The position numbers and the translations under genes are program-made. A stretch of 64,000 nt of DNA from the human T2T-CHM13v2.0 reference genome, Homo sapiens. The notes under the pieces are model-generated. The model did no database searches and was not told the DNA's origin. It saw only the letters and a program-made list of their open reading frames with translations. Below are positions 18,236-31,829 of the stretch, piece after piece. Each line of letters opens with the position of its first letter. The stretch's first letter is position 1. The stretch lies in the NCBI RefSeq assembly GCF_009914755.1, contig NC_060928.1; one strand, 5' to 3'.

Positions 18236-18755
18236 GTTGTTATAATTACTTATATTATTATGATACATATATTTCTATTTAGCCTCTCATGTGTTTCTTC
18301 TTTTTCACCCAATGAAAGTGCACTTTCCTTGAGATCTGAAGTTATGTCTTATATTTCTGGTTCTAGCATTGTTCCTAACACATAATAATGGCTTATGAAT
18401 ATTGGTTAACTGCATCATCAAAGTGTTTGACATGACTAGTTAAGTTTTGACTTCTGATATAGCCTGTTTTTACATGGTCTGAATTCTTCTAAAGGCAATG
18501 CGTTTGAAAACAATCCTTTATTTCAGTCAAAGAGTGCTTTATATCTGACTCTAAGACTGGTGAATTTCAAAATACTTGGTTTTCTGGCCCATTTTTTTAA
18601 GGTAGTCTAGTACTCTGTAGGCACTGTTTCCAAGCAGCTTCCTCAAAACCTTGACTCACTACCTTGCTGAATCTCCATGATGAATAGAACTCAATGTATT
18701 CCTTTACTGACAATGGATACACTATGACATCTGTACAATAAAAGTCAGTCATTTA

Positions 18756-19160
18756 TTATGGTATATACACACCACAGAATACTACACAGCTATGAAAAAA
18801 GAATGAAATCATGTCTTTTGCAGCAACATGCATGCATCTGGCGGACATTATCCAAAGCAAATAAACACAGAAACAGAAAACCAAACACCACATGTTCTCA
18901 CTTATAAGTAAGAGCTAAACCTTGGGTACACAAGGACACAAAGATGGGAACGATACAAACTCGGGACTTCAAAAGCAGGGAAGGCGGGTAGAGGCAAGGG
19001 TTGAAAAACTACCTATCAATCAGGTAGGTTCACCACTTGGACAACAGAATCATTAGGAGCCCAAACCCAAGCATCACAGAATATACTCATACAATAAACC
19101 TACACGTGTGCTCCTGGAATCTAAAATAAAATAAACATTTAAAATATAAAAATAAATCAC
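18756..19160 (+). mobile_element. 5'-truncated L1 3' end (L1PB4/L1PA16-like)
   Basis: gaatgaaatcatgtcttttgcagcaacatg...ctcacttataagt...ttgaaaaactacctat, A-rich tail. Confidence 0.88.
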
Positions 19161-22109
19161 AGAAAAAATCAATCCTTTAAGATAAAATTGTTTTTAATTT
19201 TATATGGTTTTTAAAAATTATGTAGGGATTCATACTTTTTTTTTAGGATTGCAGAACCTGAAAAAATATATTATGTGGCTAAATTAACCATTGCAAAAAA
19301 AACCCCCAAATATTTAGAAAATTTTCTCTATGTGTAAATATTGATTTCAAACTTGTTTTGCTTCCTCCTGTGAAGCAAGAGCATATAGGGTCATGACCCA
19401 ATTACAGAACATTTGATTGTCTCAGCTCAATTTCATAACTGCTCAAGAGAAATCCCTGAAGTAAAATTTATCATTATTTTCTGAAAGTTGTTTGAAAAAG
19501 AAATGTTAAATAAAATAGTTTCATCATATCTTTTGGTTGTGCGTTTTTTGTGCCCCAAAACACAAATACTTTACCCTCAGACCAGCCAAAATATCTCATA
19601 GAAAGTTTTAAAATAATGAATGCAATGAGGTAATTGAATACCATCTAAATAAATGCTCATTGGATTGAAGTGTAATTTTCTTAAAATTACAGAGTCTGAA
19701 GTTTGGCAGTTTTCCTTAAACTCTTTCAAGGTTATTTTGTCTTTCCTATTTTTAGTCTACAATTTCACGGGGAGTTAGCATCTGTTATAATACAATGCTA
19801 GATCATTACAGGTTTTTAATATCACCTGTTTTCTACAGTTTTTCATGACTCCCTTGTTAATTTTCAAGACAGTTGACTCATCAGCCTAGAAGCTCCTGTC
19901 ATCCTGGTATCTGAAGGGCACCAAATGGATGAGCATGAATGAGCTTCCATTTTTAGATTTTGTTATTCTTTTGCATTTGTTGATTTTTGGTTTCTATATT
20001 ATGAAGTTTTCTACTGGTATTATTTACTAGTGTACACAAATGGCCACAATTTACTGACATCATAACAAAATGGTTTTGAAACAAAATATTTTTGTAAATT
20101 CCTCTCTGGGACATCTGATCCAGGGATGTTAAGCCATTAATAAATGTTTGTTTATTATAGCTTTTTTTAATTTAAGGGATGTTTTTCCATAGACTTCTGC
20201 TACCATAGAGGCATGATCAACAAATAAACACTGATTTTCTGAAAACATGATCTCTCTGAGCACACTGCTTTATTGCATTCTTCCCTGTTACCCTCATTCC
20301 TTTTCTTCCCAAGTCCCTCTTGTTTTCCATTTACAGAAACAAATGAAAACCTATTCCAGAAGTTTTTGCAAAAAATAAAATGGCATAATGCTATATCATT
20401 TCCTTTGAAGAGTTGAAAATAGAAAGTCCACTTAAGTCAGGAATCAAGGAAGTCAAAGTGATTAGTGAATGAAACTCACCTGGGAGTCCAAAAGACTAGA
20501 TGATCATTTGCCAATCAATGCAGTGGTATTAAATATGTGTGTGATATCCATCTATTCTTTCAAGTTTTACTAATGCGAGCCAAGCACAGCTGTGACTACA
20601 TGCCTGATAGACCAATAGACATACTGCCCGTGGTCACGTGGCTTACGTTATGATGTGGAGAATGCATGAAAAGTGCACAGACAGTTACAGCAGGATCAGG
20701 GAAATCAAGGACCTGGGAGAAACTATGTCAAGTGCAAGTGACCTCATTTTAGGGGTCAAGAAAGGCTTTTTATAAGGAAGAGACATCCTCCTTGAGAATC
20801 AAATAATGAGGAGGAAGTTGGCCATCTGGACATGGGTAGAGAAAGAGCACTCTAAAAGCAAGAGGGCAGGAGCCTGGGGGAACTGGAAGAAGTCCAATAG
20901 GGGAGTATCACAGAGCAAGTGTTCGGTGTGAGGTCATGGGAGCAAGACAGTACTATGGTAGGGTATTCTGAATAAGCACAATAAGGCAGGATGGGTAAGC
21001 ATAGGCAAGAAGTGGATGTTACAAAGAATGGGAGAGGAAACTGACGAGGGAAACAGAATCCCTGGTCAGTGCTGCAGGGAACATGAAGATGACAGGAACC
21101 ATTCGTGACAATTTGGATCAAATAAAAGGATCAGGATCACATCCAAGAAAACACATGACACTCTTCCTGGTCTCTGTGGCAATTTCTGTTTTTGTTCGAT
21201 TTCATGAGTATAGGACAAAGCCAGAAACAACCATTAAAAACAACAACAACGAAGTGTGAGTACTTTGCAACTATAACTCAACTTGGTCAGTTCTGTCCAT
21301 GAATTTTGTTACTAAATTTTCACTACTTCCAAAACCAATGAAACTTATGAAAACCTTAATAACTTAGTGGTTCTCAGAATCTTAGAATGATGGAGTTAAA
21401 ACAAAAAATCAGCAAAGGGTTGAAAGGGTGCCTATTCTTTCACAATACCAAAACACTCACATATTCATATGTTAATATATTTTGGTAACCATAGAAAAGT
21501 GGGAGAAAGAAAAAAAATTTGACCCTCTTTTCACTGCCATTTTGGAGTATTCCTCTGGACTATGTCCTTAATAACATAAGTATGCTCATGCTTTACATAT
21601 ACGGTTCTCAACTTATTTCTCTGAAGGGTATATCATACTTAGTTTTCCATGGTATTACAAATCTTTTATGTCTTAATGACCATTGAAAATATCACTTTCT
21701 AATACCAATGTACATATGTGAAAACCTACTTAACCATTTCCATAATGATGTGAATATTTTTAAAATTTTAAGTTACAATAAAAATTTTGGTTACATTACT
21801 TAACTGGTGGGTTGGTTTAATAAGTAAGATATGCTGATCATTGTGCTCAGTGTTGCATATACAATGATAGGTGAGAAACGATGATTGCTTACAGGGAGTC
21901 TGCTGTCTTCTCCATCATAAAGTGTTTTCTACATTCAGAATGTTTACCCTACTAGGGATTTCTGAATGTGAAAAAAAATAAGCATAAATATAGTAAAGGC
22001 TTCTGGTAGTTATTACCAAATTAACTTCTTAAAGAGTATACCAATTCATAATTCCCCCCTTAAAAATATATAAAACAAACATATTTTGTATTATTTGATC
22101 CAGACTTTT

Positions 22110-22705
22110 AAATTACGACTAACATAAAACTAACTCAAACTATGATTAAGTTAGAAAAGCAAAGTGGGAGCAGGAGGTTCAGGACATTGATTTAAGCTCC
22201 AGTAACTAAATAATAAAGGGCTATTGTTGGCTTCAGGTGTTGAGAGATCCAGGGGCTCAGACAAGAGCATCTGGGCTCAGGTTTTTTCCATCTCACAGCT
22301 CTGATTTTTTTCCGATGGCTTCACTCAGGCAGGCTCTGTCTACTTGGGCATATAGATATTCCAAGTTCCATCCTCCCAGATTTTTAGTCTAGCAAAAAGT
22401 GAGCACATTTCTCATTTCAATAACTTTAACAAATGTCCTAGAATTGACTTTCATTGGCATGGCTCGGTCCTTGTTAATCTTGGAACAAATCACTGCGCCA
22501 TGAGACGAAATGATGAACCAACTGTGAACTGATGACTGATGAATCAGCTATGAAATACACTAATTGGCAAAGCCTGGATACCATGCCTCACTCAAAAAAC
22601 AAGACTGAGTGCCTAGCAGGGGCAGTTTCCCAAAGGAAATAAGACCGTTCACATAAGGAGAAAGAGCAATGGATACTGGAAGGGCAAAGACAATTGATAT
22701 TCCCT
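22110..22705 (-). mobile_element. Ancient ERVL/MaLR LTR remnant
   Basis: aactcaaact..., ggcttcagg...gatccaggggctca, ttcattgg motifs. Confidence 0.5.
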
Positions 22706-24042
22706 TAAATTGGCAGTATCATGCTTTAAGCAGATGAGAAAACTAAACTCAAGAAGGTGAAATAACTCAGTGTCATCCTGCTAATTAGGCACTAAACTGA
22801 GAGTAAGACCCAAATCCATGTGCCCATACTTCAGTGCTATTTGGATAATTCTATATTTCTTCTTTTCATTATCAACAAATAATTGGCTACCTATTGTATA
22901 TAGAGGTTTGCTCTTTATAGTAGCTGAAGATTTAGTTGAATGAGACAAAAACAATATGCTAAGTGACACAAATCAATAAATAGCTAGAAGAAAAATATGA
23001 ATTCGGTTGAGAGAAGTGTAGGAAAGCCTCGCAAATGAGGTGACCAACCTGGGTGAATCAAAAATTATATCATCTCTACTGCAACGAGCACATTTTGGGG
23101 GACGCATTCCATCACACTCCAAAAAACATTTTTTCCAATAAGGTTCATGTACCCTTTCCTCCACCACGAGGGGCATGTAGCTCTGGAAACCACGTGTGGC
23201 CTGTGTCTCTCTGAATGCGGAACCCAGGCTGAGTTGGTCAGAGGTGCACAGTCAAGTTCTGGGCCAGTCAAGTTCTCTTCCACAGGAACTCAGGGTTTCT
23301 GCAATCTCAGCGAGAAACCAGAACTCAGCTGAGGTCTGGCTATGAGCACAAGGTTTGGTGTTCAGAAAACAAGCAGGGTCAAGAGACTACCTGGTCCTTA
23401 ATGAATTCTTAGATTCCTGCTGTCATCTCGGTTTGAGGTTCTTGTGAGGCACAGTCATTGTTCTGTGAGTTCAGCAAAATATCTCAATACCCCCTATATT
23501 TTACTGAACTTGTTTAACTCAGCTTCTAGTATTTGCTGCCCAAAGCAAATATTGAATGTGACATTAGTTCTGATATTCATCTTTCTTTCAATTTCTCTAA
23601 GAATTGAATCCTAATATTTCCTATTTTCCTTCACACATTTTAAAACCCTAGGTTCTGTCAACTCAGCTCAGATCTATTTGATTTCCTTCTTCCATAAGCT
23701 CAAGAAAATTTACAGTATAATAATTTTATGTATAGTTTTTTAAAAAATAGTTAAGTTTCAGCTAGACTGTAAATGTCCTAAGAGAAGGAGTCACTGTTTC
23801 ATGTTTCATGAGATTTCACCTGTGTACCTAGAAAAAGATGCAGTTTATTGCTCATAAATAATAATGGGTCATTTTATTTCAAAGAAATTTTTCATAAGTG
23901 TTTTACATAAACGAGTCTTCCAATAACATAAATATTCATAATTAGCTAAGTCCTCATCTTCTTATGTATGAAACTACCACATACAATGACAAAAGCAATC
24001 ATGGTTTCCCAGGGAACAGCCCTGAGCAGGGATTGTACAGCT

Positions 24043-24160
24043 GGGAGTAAATCATTGGTTGGAGGTGCTCTATCTGTAGGAGAGCCAAGTGCAGCCAGGA
24101 GGGGAGTAAATCATTGGTTGGAGGTGCTCTATCTGTAGGAGAGTTAAGCGCAGCCAGGAG
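24043..24160. repeat. 59-bp tandem duplication (2 copies, 3 mismatches)
   Basis: gggagtaaatcattggttggaggtgctctatctgtaggagag..aag.gcagccaggag at 24043 and 24102. Confidence 0.97.
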
Positions 24161-24464
24161 GAATCGCATTCTGCATTTCCACCATTTTCCCACCAAGCTT
24201 GTTTTATGGGTCAAATTGATTTAAATAAATTCCAAAGGCAGCCTTAATGAGCAAAAACTATCACCAAAAGGAAGCCACTAGGATGTAAGTGGTGTGAGAA
24301 GAGCATCAGTAAGTCTTTGCCTCAGCCACTAATATAGAAATTGTGTGGATATTGCACAGATGGGGAAATGGAGTCAACTCTTTTCTCAGTGCCCATCTAC
24401 TACGGCTTCCCCAAACTTATTCCCAATAAGGAATAAAGAGAATGAAAAACTAGGATGTGTTTAC

Positions 24465-25130
24465 CTTTTTATTTAAATACTTACTGAGTAATAATTATGT
24501 GCCAGACATAGTACTAGGAAAATGAGATTGCAGTTGTGAAAAAGAAGTGCAGATTGTTTGATTTCACAAAACATATCCTCTATTCTAGAGGGAGATGCGA
24601 ACACATGAAAGGGGAACCCTAATATGGTGGAGTAAGTGCAGTGAAAGGAGAAGTGTTCTGGAGACATGAGGAAAACCATACAACCCAGGAAGCAGAGGAA
24701 TTTTCCTGTAGAAAGTAACATCTCTGCTGGGAATATTCAGGTGAGGAAGACGAAGTGAGATGAAGAATGGGTCAAAAATGGAACCACATTCCCAAAGGCC
24801 CAGAGACCAGAGCGAGGTGCAGGAAGCTCAGTGCATCTGAAAGTTATCCAGGATGGCCGGAGCTCAAGTGTGAGGTGAGCGATCAAAAGAAATTAGGCTG
24901 TCAAGAAAAGCTGGGACGAAATATTAAAGGGTAGTGAAGTGTGTTGTCAGACACACTCTACTTCACAGTATACTTTATAGGAGAAATCTAAGGCAGGCAG
25001 GGACATAATCAGCAGGCATTTCAGAAAGCTGACTGTCATAGTAAACTAGAGAAGATATCAGAATGGGAAAAAACTCAAGGTGGAGACGTTAGAAACTAGT
25101 TAAGAGACAGTATTACAGACATTAATCCAG
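24465..25130 (-). mobile_element. L2 3' region
   Basis: aaatacttactgag...tatgtgccagacatagtactagg and gcatttcagaaag motifs. Confidence 0.65.
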
Positions 25131-25499
25131 GGTAACATCTGTAGAGGCCTGCACAAGACTCCCTGGGAGATGAAGCCCAGCGGATGTTGCATGTCAGGGT
25201 CTACGGAAGAACCTTATGCACCTTGTGAGCCCCCTGAGCAGTCAGCATACGGGTCGTTATACGTTTTTTTCAGCATCCCTACCTTGGATCAACTCACACA
25301 GGAAAAGATGTCACTAGATTACAGCAGAGTCATGCTTTCCTCTTTCTTATGAGGTGCTCAGCTGAAACACGGACTTGGGGCAGTCAATTTCCCCTGTCCT
25401 TTCTTTCTCACTAAAAGAACCACGATTTGCTCAGGGAGTCTAATATGTTCAAAAAGCTGCTTCCTGCCCATTTCCCTGCAATCTCTGTGGCCTGTGAGA

Positions 25500-25805
25500 G
25501 GTGAAGTCTACAGAGTGAAACTGCAAAGAGTAAGAAGAGGCAGATTCCACTCCACATGCTTGTTTCCTTTGCTCTCAGCTCTTCTTCCTGTCTGGAATGC
25601 AGACGTGTTGCCTGGAGACACAGCAGCCACCTTAAGGACCATAGAAACAAAAAGCCAAATGCCAAGGATGGTGCAAAAAGAAGAAAAGGGAAACTGAGTC
25701 CCTGAGACCTTAATGCAACTACTGATTTGTGTCAGTAAAATAAACCTTTGTTTACATCCTGGCAATTGGCTCCTTTAACATTCAGCTGAAAGCAGTCATA
25801 AGTAA
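25500..25805 (+). mobile_element. MLT1-type LTR remnant
   Basis: cctgtctggaatgcagacgtg...gcagccacctt...aataaaccttt...cagctgaaagca. Confidence 0.55.
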
Positions 25806-26786
25806 ACCAGCAGTTTTCCTTGTCACTTGACAGAGCCCTCTGGTATTCTTTTTTATTTTCCTTTTTTGTTGAAATAGTAAAATGAGTATTCTTTATAGGA
25901 ACAAATAAATATCCATCTTGATCTTCCAAGCTGGCTTTCCTAGGCAGAGCTTTGTGAGGGAAATTTTCACGGTGATATCCTCAGTCTTCTGTGAAGGTGG
26001 GATAATATATCTCCAAAAGAATTTGTAGTAATGTTTGGCTCTCTCTCTCTGTCCACTTACAGTTTTCCAGCCATGAAGACAGAATCAAAGTAATTTGATT
26101 TATTCAGGGAAATAGACTCTCTCATTTCCATAGAATAATAGTGAAGAAAATAAAAGAAGATAAGACTTAACTCATCAATTAACTTTGACATTGTTCACTT
26201 GCCTGAACACGCCGTCTGTGTCAGGGAACTTATCTTATCCTTGTTGTGTTATAAACCTTTCGTGAAGCCTTTGGCTCCTCACCTACCTCATCCCAGCACA
26301 AAACAGTATGTTCTTCGCTCACTCATTTATTTACTCTTTCAATAAACACTAAGTGCCTATACTAATTGCTAGCATTGTACTGCTCGTTAGATATTAAAGA
26401 CAAACAAAATTCCATCCTTGACTTCAAAGAAGGTGCAGCATGCCAGGACGGGGGACATTTAACGACCAACAGCAAATGTCTTGGTGCTGTGAGTCGGGCC
26501 TTCACAGTGCAGTGGGGCAGCGTGGAGAAGTGGGTAGTTCTACTCTGAGATTAACAAAGTGTCCATAAAAGATGGAGTGCTTGAGCAAATATTGAGTAGA
26601 TGCTGATACTCGACAAGGGAACAAGGGAAGTATCCATGCCAGGCACAGAAAGCAGTATCATCAAAGGCACATGGTAGAAAATGGAATATGGTACATGAGC
26701 TTGCAAAAAATTATGCAAAGAGAAGGTCAGAAGCTGAGGCATAGATAGACATGAGGAACTATGGCCATATAGAAAAGGGTGATATA

Positions 26787-27210
<424 letters not shown>

Positions 27211-27459
27211 TTAATGTCCTAGGGTAGTAGTTATGCCTCTGAGATGACAATGAAGAACAAATGTTTAAAATACAAAGAACACAAATAAGGAAGCCTTAGT
27301 GATTGGAGATGGGAAATAAGAAAAAGGCCATTCCAAAGATTATCTAAATTTCCTTTTTGGGTGACTAGGCAAATCAGGATTCCATTTTCTGACACAGGAA
27401 ATAGATTAAAAAGAAGAAGGTTTGAGGAAGAAAGATTTTCAATCTGGCTTTAGACTGAG

Positions 27460-27690
27460 CATCAGTGTGGTCTAGCAGAAATGTACATTTTGGAAGAAGA
27501 CAGAGTTGAGTTCAAACCCCAGGTGTGCTGTGTATTAGATCTGTGGCCTTGGTTCTCTCCTTTATGTCCCTGAGCCATGATTCCATCTGTAAAATATGGA
27601 TCACAATTTCTTCCTTGCAGAATTGTTCTGTCTTACAGTATGTACAAGATGCCTATTGGTGTCTCGTGAAATGGTGACTGCTACCATTCC
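27460..27690 (+). mobile_element. MIR
   Basis: gagttcaaaccc...tgtggccttg...ccatctgtaaaat core. Confidence 0.7.
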
Positions 27691-27904
27691 AAACCTGGCA
27701 GGGGTACCTGTGTGAAATCCAGGTGAGATTCTCCACTGGCTGCTGCAGAGCTGAGATTCATTGGACCTCGATGCATACATGCTCCTTTATTGAAGATGCC
27801 CAAAAATGTTGGCCACATTTCAGTTAATCTGATGATGAGAGGGATGCAGTGAACCACAGAAAAGGATGAATATCTTCAATAAGGATGAGAAGAAAGGAAA
27901 TATC

Positions 27905-28150
27905 TTTCTATCAATTGCTTTTTGCCAGGAAAATTTACACAAATATGTCATTTCAATCCTTTCAAACCCAGGGAAGTATATGATTTTATCTCAAATTTAA
28001 CTAATAAGGAAACTGAAATTCAGGAATATTAAGTGGCTTTCCCAAGGCCACACAGCCAGTAAGTCCCTATTAGGAATTGGGCCTTGATAGGCAGCAAAGC
28101 CAAGGTGATGTCACTACACGAGAGTTTGTGTGTTTCTTCCATGCTGTAGT
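27905..28150 (-). mobile_element. MIR
   Basis: aggaaactgaa...aagtggctttcccaaggccacacagccagtaagt. Confidence 0.7.
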
Positions 28151-28516
28151 CTTCCTTTCCCCAGGTAGATAGAGAAAGGGTCAAATCGCACAATGCTTTG
28201 GTTGTGCGCAGGACCATAATGGCCCCGGGTGTACAGGCTGGCGACTTACTGATACAAGCCTGGGGAGGGAGCTCACGGAAAGCTCAGCACTGAGTCACAG
28301 ACATGACTTAGAAGTGCCAAACTTCATTTTAGAAGACCTGGGAGGGTCATATTTTTTTCTTGGAAAATAAATAAAGTAAGATTTAACAACACACTGTGTT
28401 TCCTTTATACAATAACAAATGCCCTGCAAGAAATATGTATTATCTCTATCACTCGGGGGAATTCAACGTAGAATTTGTCCCTGAGCTTTAGCAAGGGCTG
28501 TTGAGAGGGATGCACA

Positions 28517-28530
28517 CTGCCCTCTGCTGG
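28517..28530 (-). promoter_or_regulatory. Candidate CTCF motif
   Basis: Minus strand CCAGCAGAGGGCAG matches the CTCF core CCASYAGRKGGCRS; motif match only. Confidence 0.4.
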
Positions 28531-28707
28531 GGGGTGTGTATAAGCACACGGTGTACAGTGCAGTCTTCATCAAAGGAGCTGTATTTTGTATGTTACTTAG
28601 AAAAGTAACAAAGGGTGACAATGTGTATGAGCGACACAGTGTTTACAGATGCATCCCTGATGCATAGTGCATCCCCCTCACAGCTCATCTTAAAGCTCCA
28701 GGACAAA

Positions 28708-28716
28708 TATATATAC

Positions 28717-28754
<38 letters not shown>
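28708..28754. repeat. (TG)n(TA)n microsatellite
   Basis: Directly visible. Confidence 0.9.
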
Positions 28755-28755
<1 letters not shown>

Positions 28756-28920
28756 TTCCATATTTTCTCCTTATAATATCACAGATTGGCAAATGACAGC
28801 AATCTTTAGCTTTTGTTTAAAGATACAGAAAATCAAGATGGTCAATGAGACCTCCAAGGACATACAAATATTCACTCATCAGAGCAAGATGTAACTCACT
28901 TTAGCATTCTCTATAAAAGA

Positions 28921-29101
28921 GCAATTCATGATTATTAGAATGCACATGAATCACTTGGGAATTTGTTTAAAAAAAAAATGGGCCTCATTCCCAATGACTC
29001 TGACCTAGTTACTTGAGTGAAGCCCACGAATTTGCATTTTTAACAAATGGCCACATATTCTGAGGCAGGTCATTCACAGACCTTGTTCTGAATAAACACT
29101 G
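28921..29101. mobile_element. MER5-type hAT MITE
   Basis: gaatcacttgggaatttgtt...tttgcatttttaacaa...aaacactg. Confidence 0.75.
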
Positions 29102-31829
29102 ATCTACAATCCTCTTTATCTCCCAAAGTTTTTTATTAAAAGTTGACTTGCAGAAAACTTCAGATTTTAATTTTTCTTTCCATCTGTGTAACCCTAAACA
29201 ATATTATTTACCCTCTTGTGTCCATCTCTTCATCTGTAAACACTATGTGTTGCTCATACAAATTCTTACCCTTTGTTACTTCTCTAAGTTTGTGAACAAA
29301 AATATGTAGCACTTATATATGGGTGCTCAGTTGATAATTCATTTCTCAAAGGCATTACTATTTTAAATTATAATAAAAAATAGGCAAACTGCCGGTCAGG
29401 TCCTATTTTCCACAGGACACATACAGGAAAATAAGTCTTAGAGACTTAGTAACAGCTGGTAAGGGCAAAACCTTGCTTAAACTTGGACTTTCTAACTCAA
29501 ATCCAATTCTCACTTTGCTGCAGACTCTGTCATTGGAAGCTTTTCTCAAAATTCTTACCCATATGTTTTTAACTAAGAAATAAAGGCATACTGAGTTCTC
29601 TTAGTGCCCTAGGAAATGTTGGTCAAACTCAAGGGAAAACTCTGGAATATTTTCTCTGTTCTTCCTAGTAAACTACCTGACGTCTACTGGGTGCCCTATA
29701 GACATTGTCAGATTTATTGTGAGGCCATCTTGGGACTCACACTTTGACCAAAGTAAAACTGTTGCTCTAATTCTAATCAATCTCTCCCCAATATATAACT
29801 TGAGTGGGGATTCTCATGAGAGGATACATGTAAGAGTTTTCCTGGCTAGAAACATATTTGTTTTTAGTTTGATATAGAATCCCAGAGATTACATTTGACC
29901 AAAACATTTCCATGACCTTTTCCCTGCATCATAAATCACAAAAACGTAAAGATTATCCCTATATGATTTAATGCTATGATAAATTAAGTTTTAAAGTATT
30001 TTTATGGATAGAGAAGTATTTGCTAACAATTCTGTTCTATACTTTTTCTGTTGAGAAAACACACTTCCTAGCCCTTTTAACTTCTACATCTCTGAAAACC
30101 TCAGGAAGAAAGTGTGTTAGGGGATATGAATATAAGAGAACTGCGGCTGAATTTTAAGAATTTCATGATCTCAAGCTCCTTCTTGCACAATTGAAATAGA
30201 AAATAAAGGATGGCTTTAACAGGGAAGGTATATTTAGCTGTGATTTAAAAAACAAACGAATTAGATAAATTAGCAGTAGTTTGCCTGTTTGAAAAAGCAA
30301 GAATCTTTCCCAGGTTATTACTTTGGTTGTTACTTTTTCTCTTCAATAAGAGAGTAGACCAAATAAAAGTTTAATCTAAAAGTTACCAGTTCAGTCTAAA
30401 CAAGGAGAGCAAGAAACTACATTCAAGCACAAACTTAACATTAGATAATTACATTTCTTAAATCAAACTTTTGGCCAAAATGGAACTGTAGGCAAGCTTC
30501 TATTCCAAAAACCATCCAAAACAATTCAAAATGCTCTAAGAATGTAACAAGACACAGCAACAAGACAAATGATAGAAAGCATTTAAAAAAAAAAAAAGTC
30601 CTCAAATTATAGTGTAAAATTCAGAATAAAAGAGTTGCCTCACTTAGAAAGCTTTTTTTAAAAACTCATATAAACACACACACACACAGATACACAATCC
30701 ATATCATCTACAGGACTGATGAATGGATAAATCTATTTAAAGATAAGCTACACACATATCTGACATAAATTGTACCATACTTTTCATTTCACTCAATAAA
30801 TTTCTAATGAAAGAAGAAACAGTCTGTGCTAAAATACAATCTATATTTTAATAATAACTGATCCAGGAGCACCTTTATATACTCTAATCTCAAGTGAAAT
30901 AATCTCTAACATAATAGAAACTTGATTTCTACTTAAGTAATGTTGAGTTTCTTTTAAAAAATATTTTTTTCTCTCTTAGGAGATTCTTTTGTCAACATTA
31001 CACATATTTAGAGAGTGTTCTGTTCACCAATAAAAAAAAAAAACTTCCAAAATAAATCCCTTCTTAGCCTTTTTCTTCAATGGCAGGGATCCAATATCTG
31101 CGGTAATTTTGCTCCTTATTATTATTTTTTGCCCAAACCCATCCATTTTCCATCCTTCCTTAATCTCTTCTGTGCCCAAGGTGACACATGGCACCCTGTA
31201 GACCCTGTGACCTCTCTAAACCCCATGAAATCCGGCCTCATTCCTGCTGGTTCCAGCTGGTACACACAATTGGAGGCATCAGTACAGGACTCTGGAGCTC
31301 CGGAATGGAGAAATGTCAGCATATTTTCCCTGCTCCCTTCCTTCTTTGTTCCATTCCCTCCCTGTCTCTGGCCCCATTACTTGCTTCCAGTTTTCATTAG
31401 GCCCTGAGAAAATTAATTCCTCCATTTCTCCCTTTTGCCTTGGAGTCATAGAGGCTTCCACTGTTTCTTGCTTCTAAGATAGACCTTTCTCTGCAAGATA
31501 AGGAAGCAAGCAATTTGGGAAGTCCATCTGGTGCCAAGTACATCTATTCCAACTCTGCATTTAGAAACTGGGAAAATATTCACATGGTGTTTCCAGGGAC
31601 TCACAATGCCTCAGTGAGATGGCTCTGGGTGCCAACCGCACTTCCCCCCAGACCTCCACAGTCACCTGTCCCTTTATCCCCTCACCACCAATGGGCCATG
31701 GTGATATGTTGAGCCAGCAGAAATTAATGTAAACGCAAAGCCAGCATTGAGAAACTTTTGGAGGATCTGGGTATTTGCCATTCCCCAATTCAAAGTTATC
31801 CTGGTAAATACCTATTGTACCTCTAGTGA

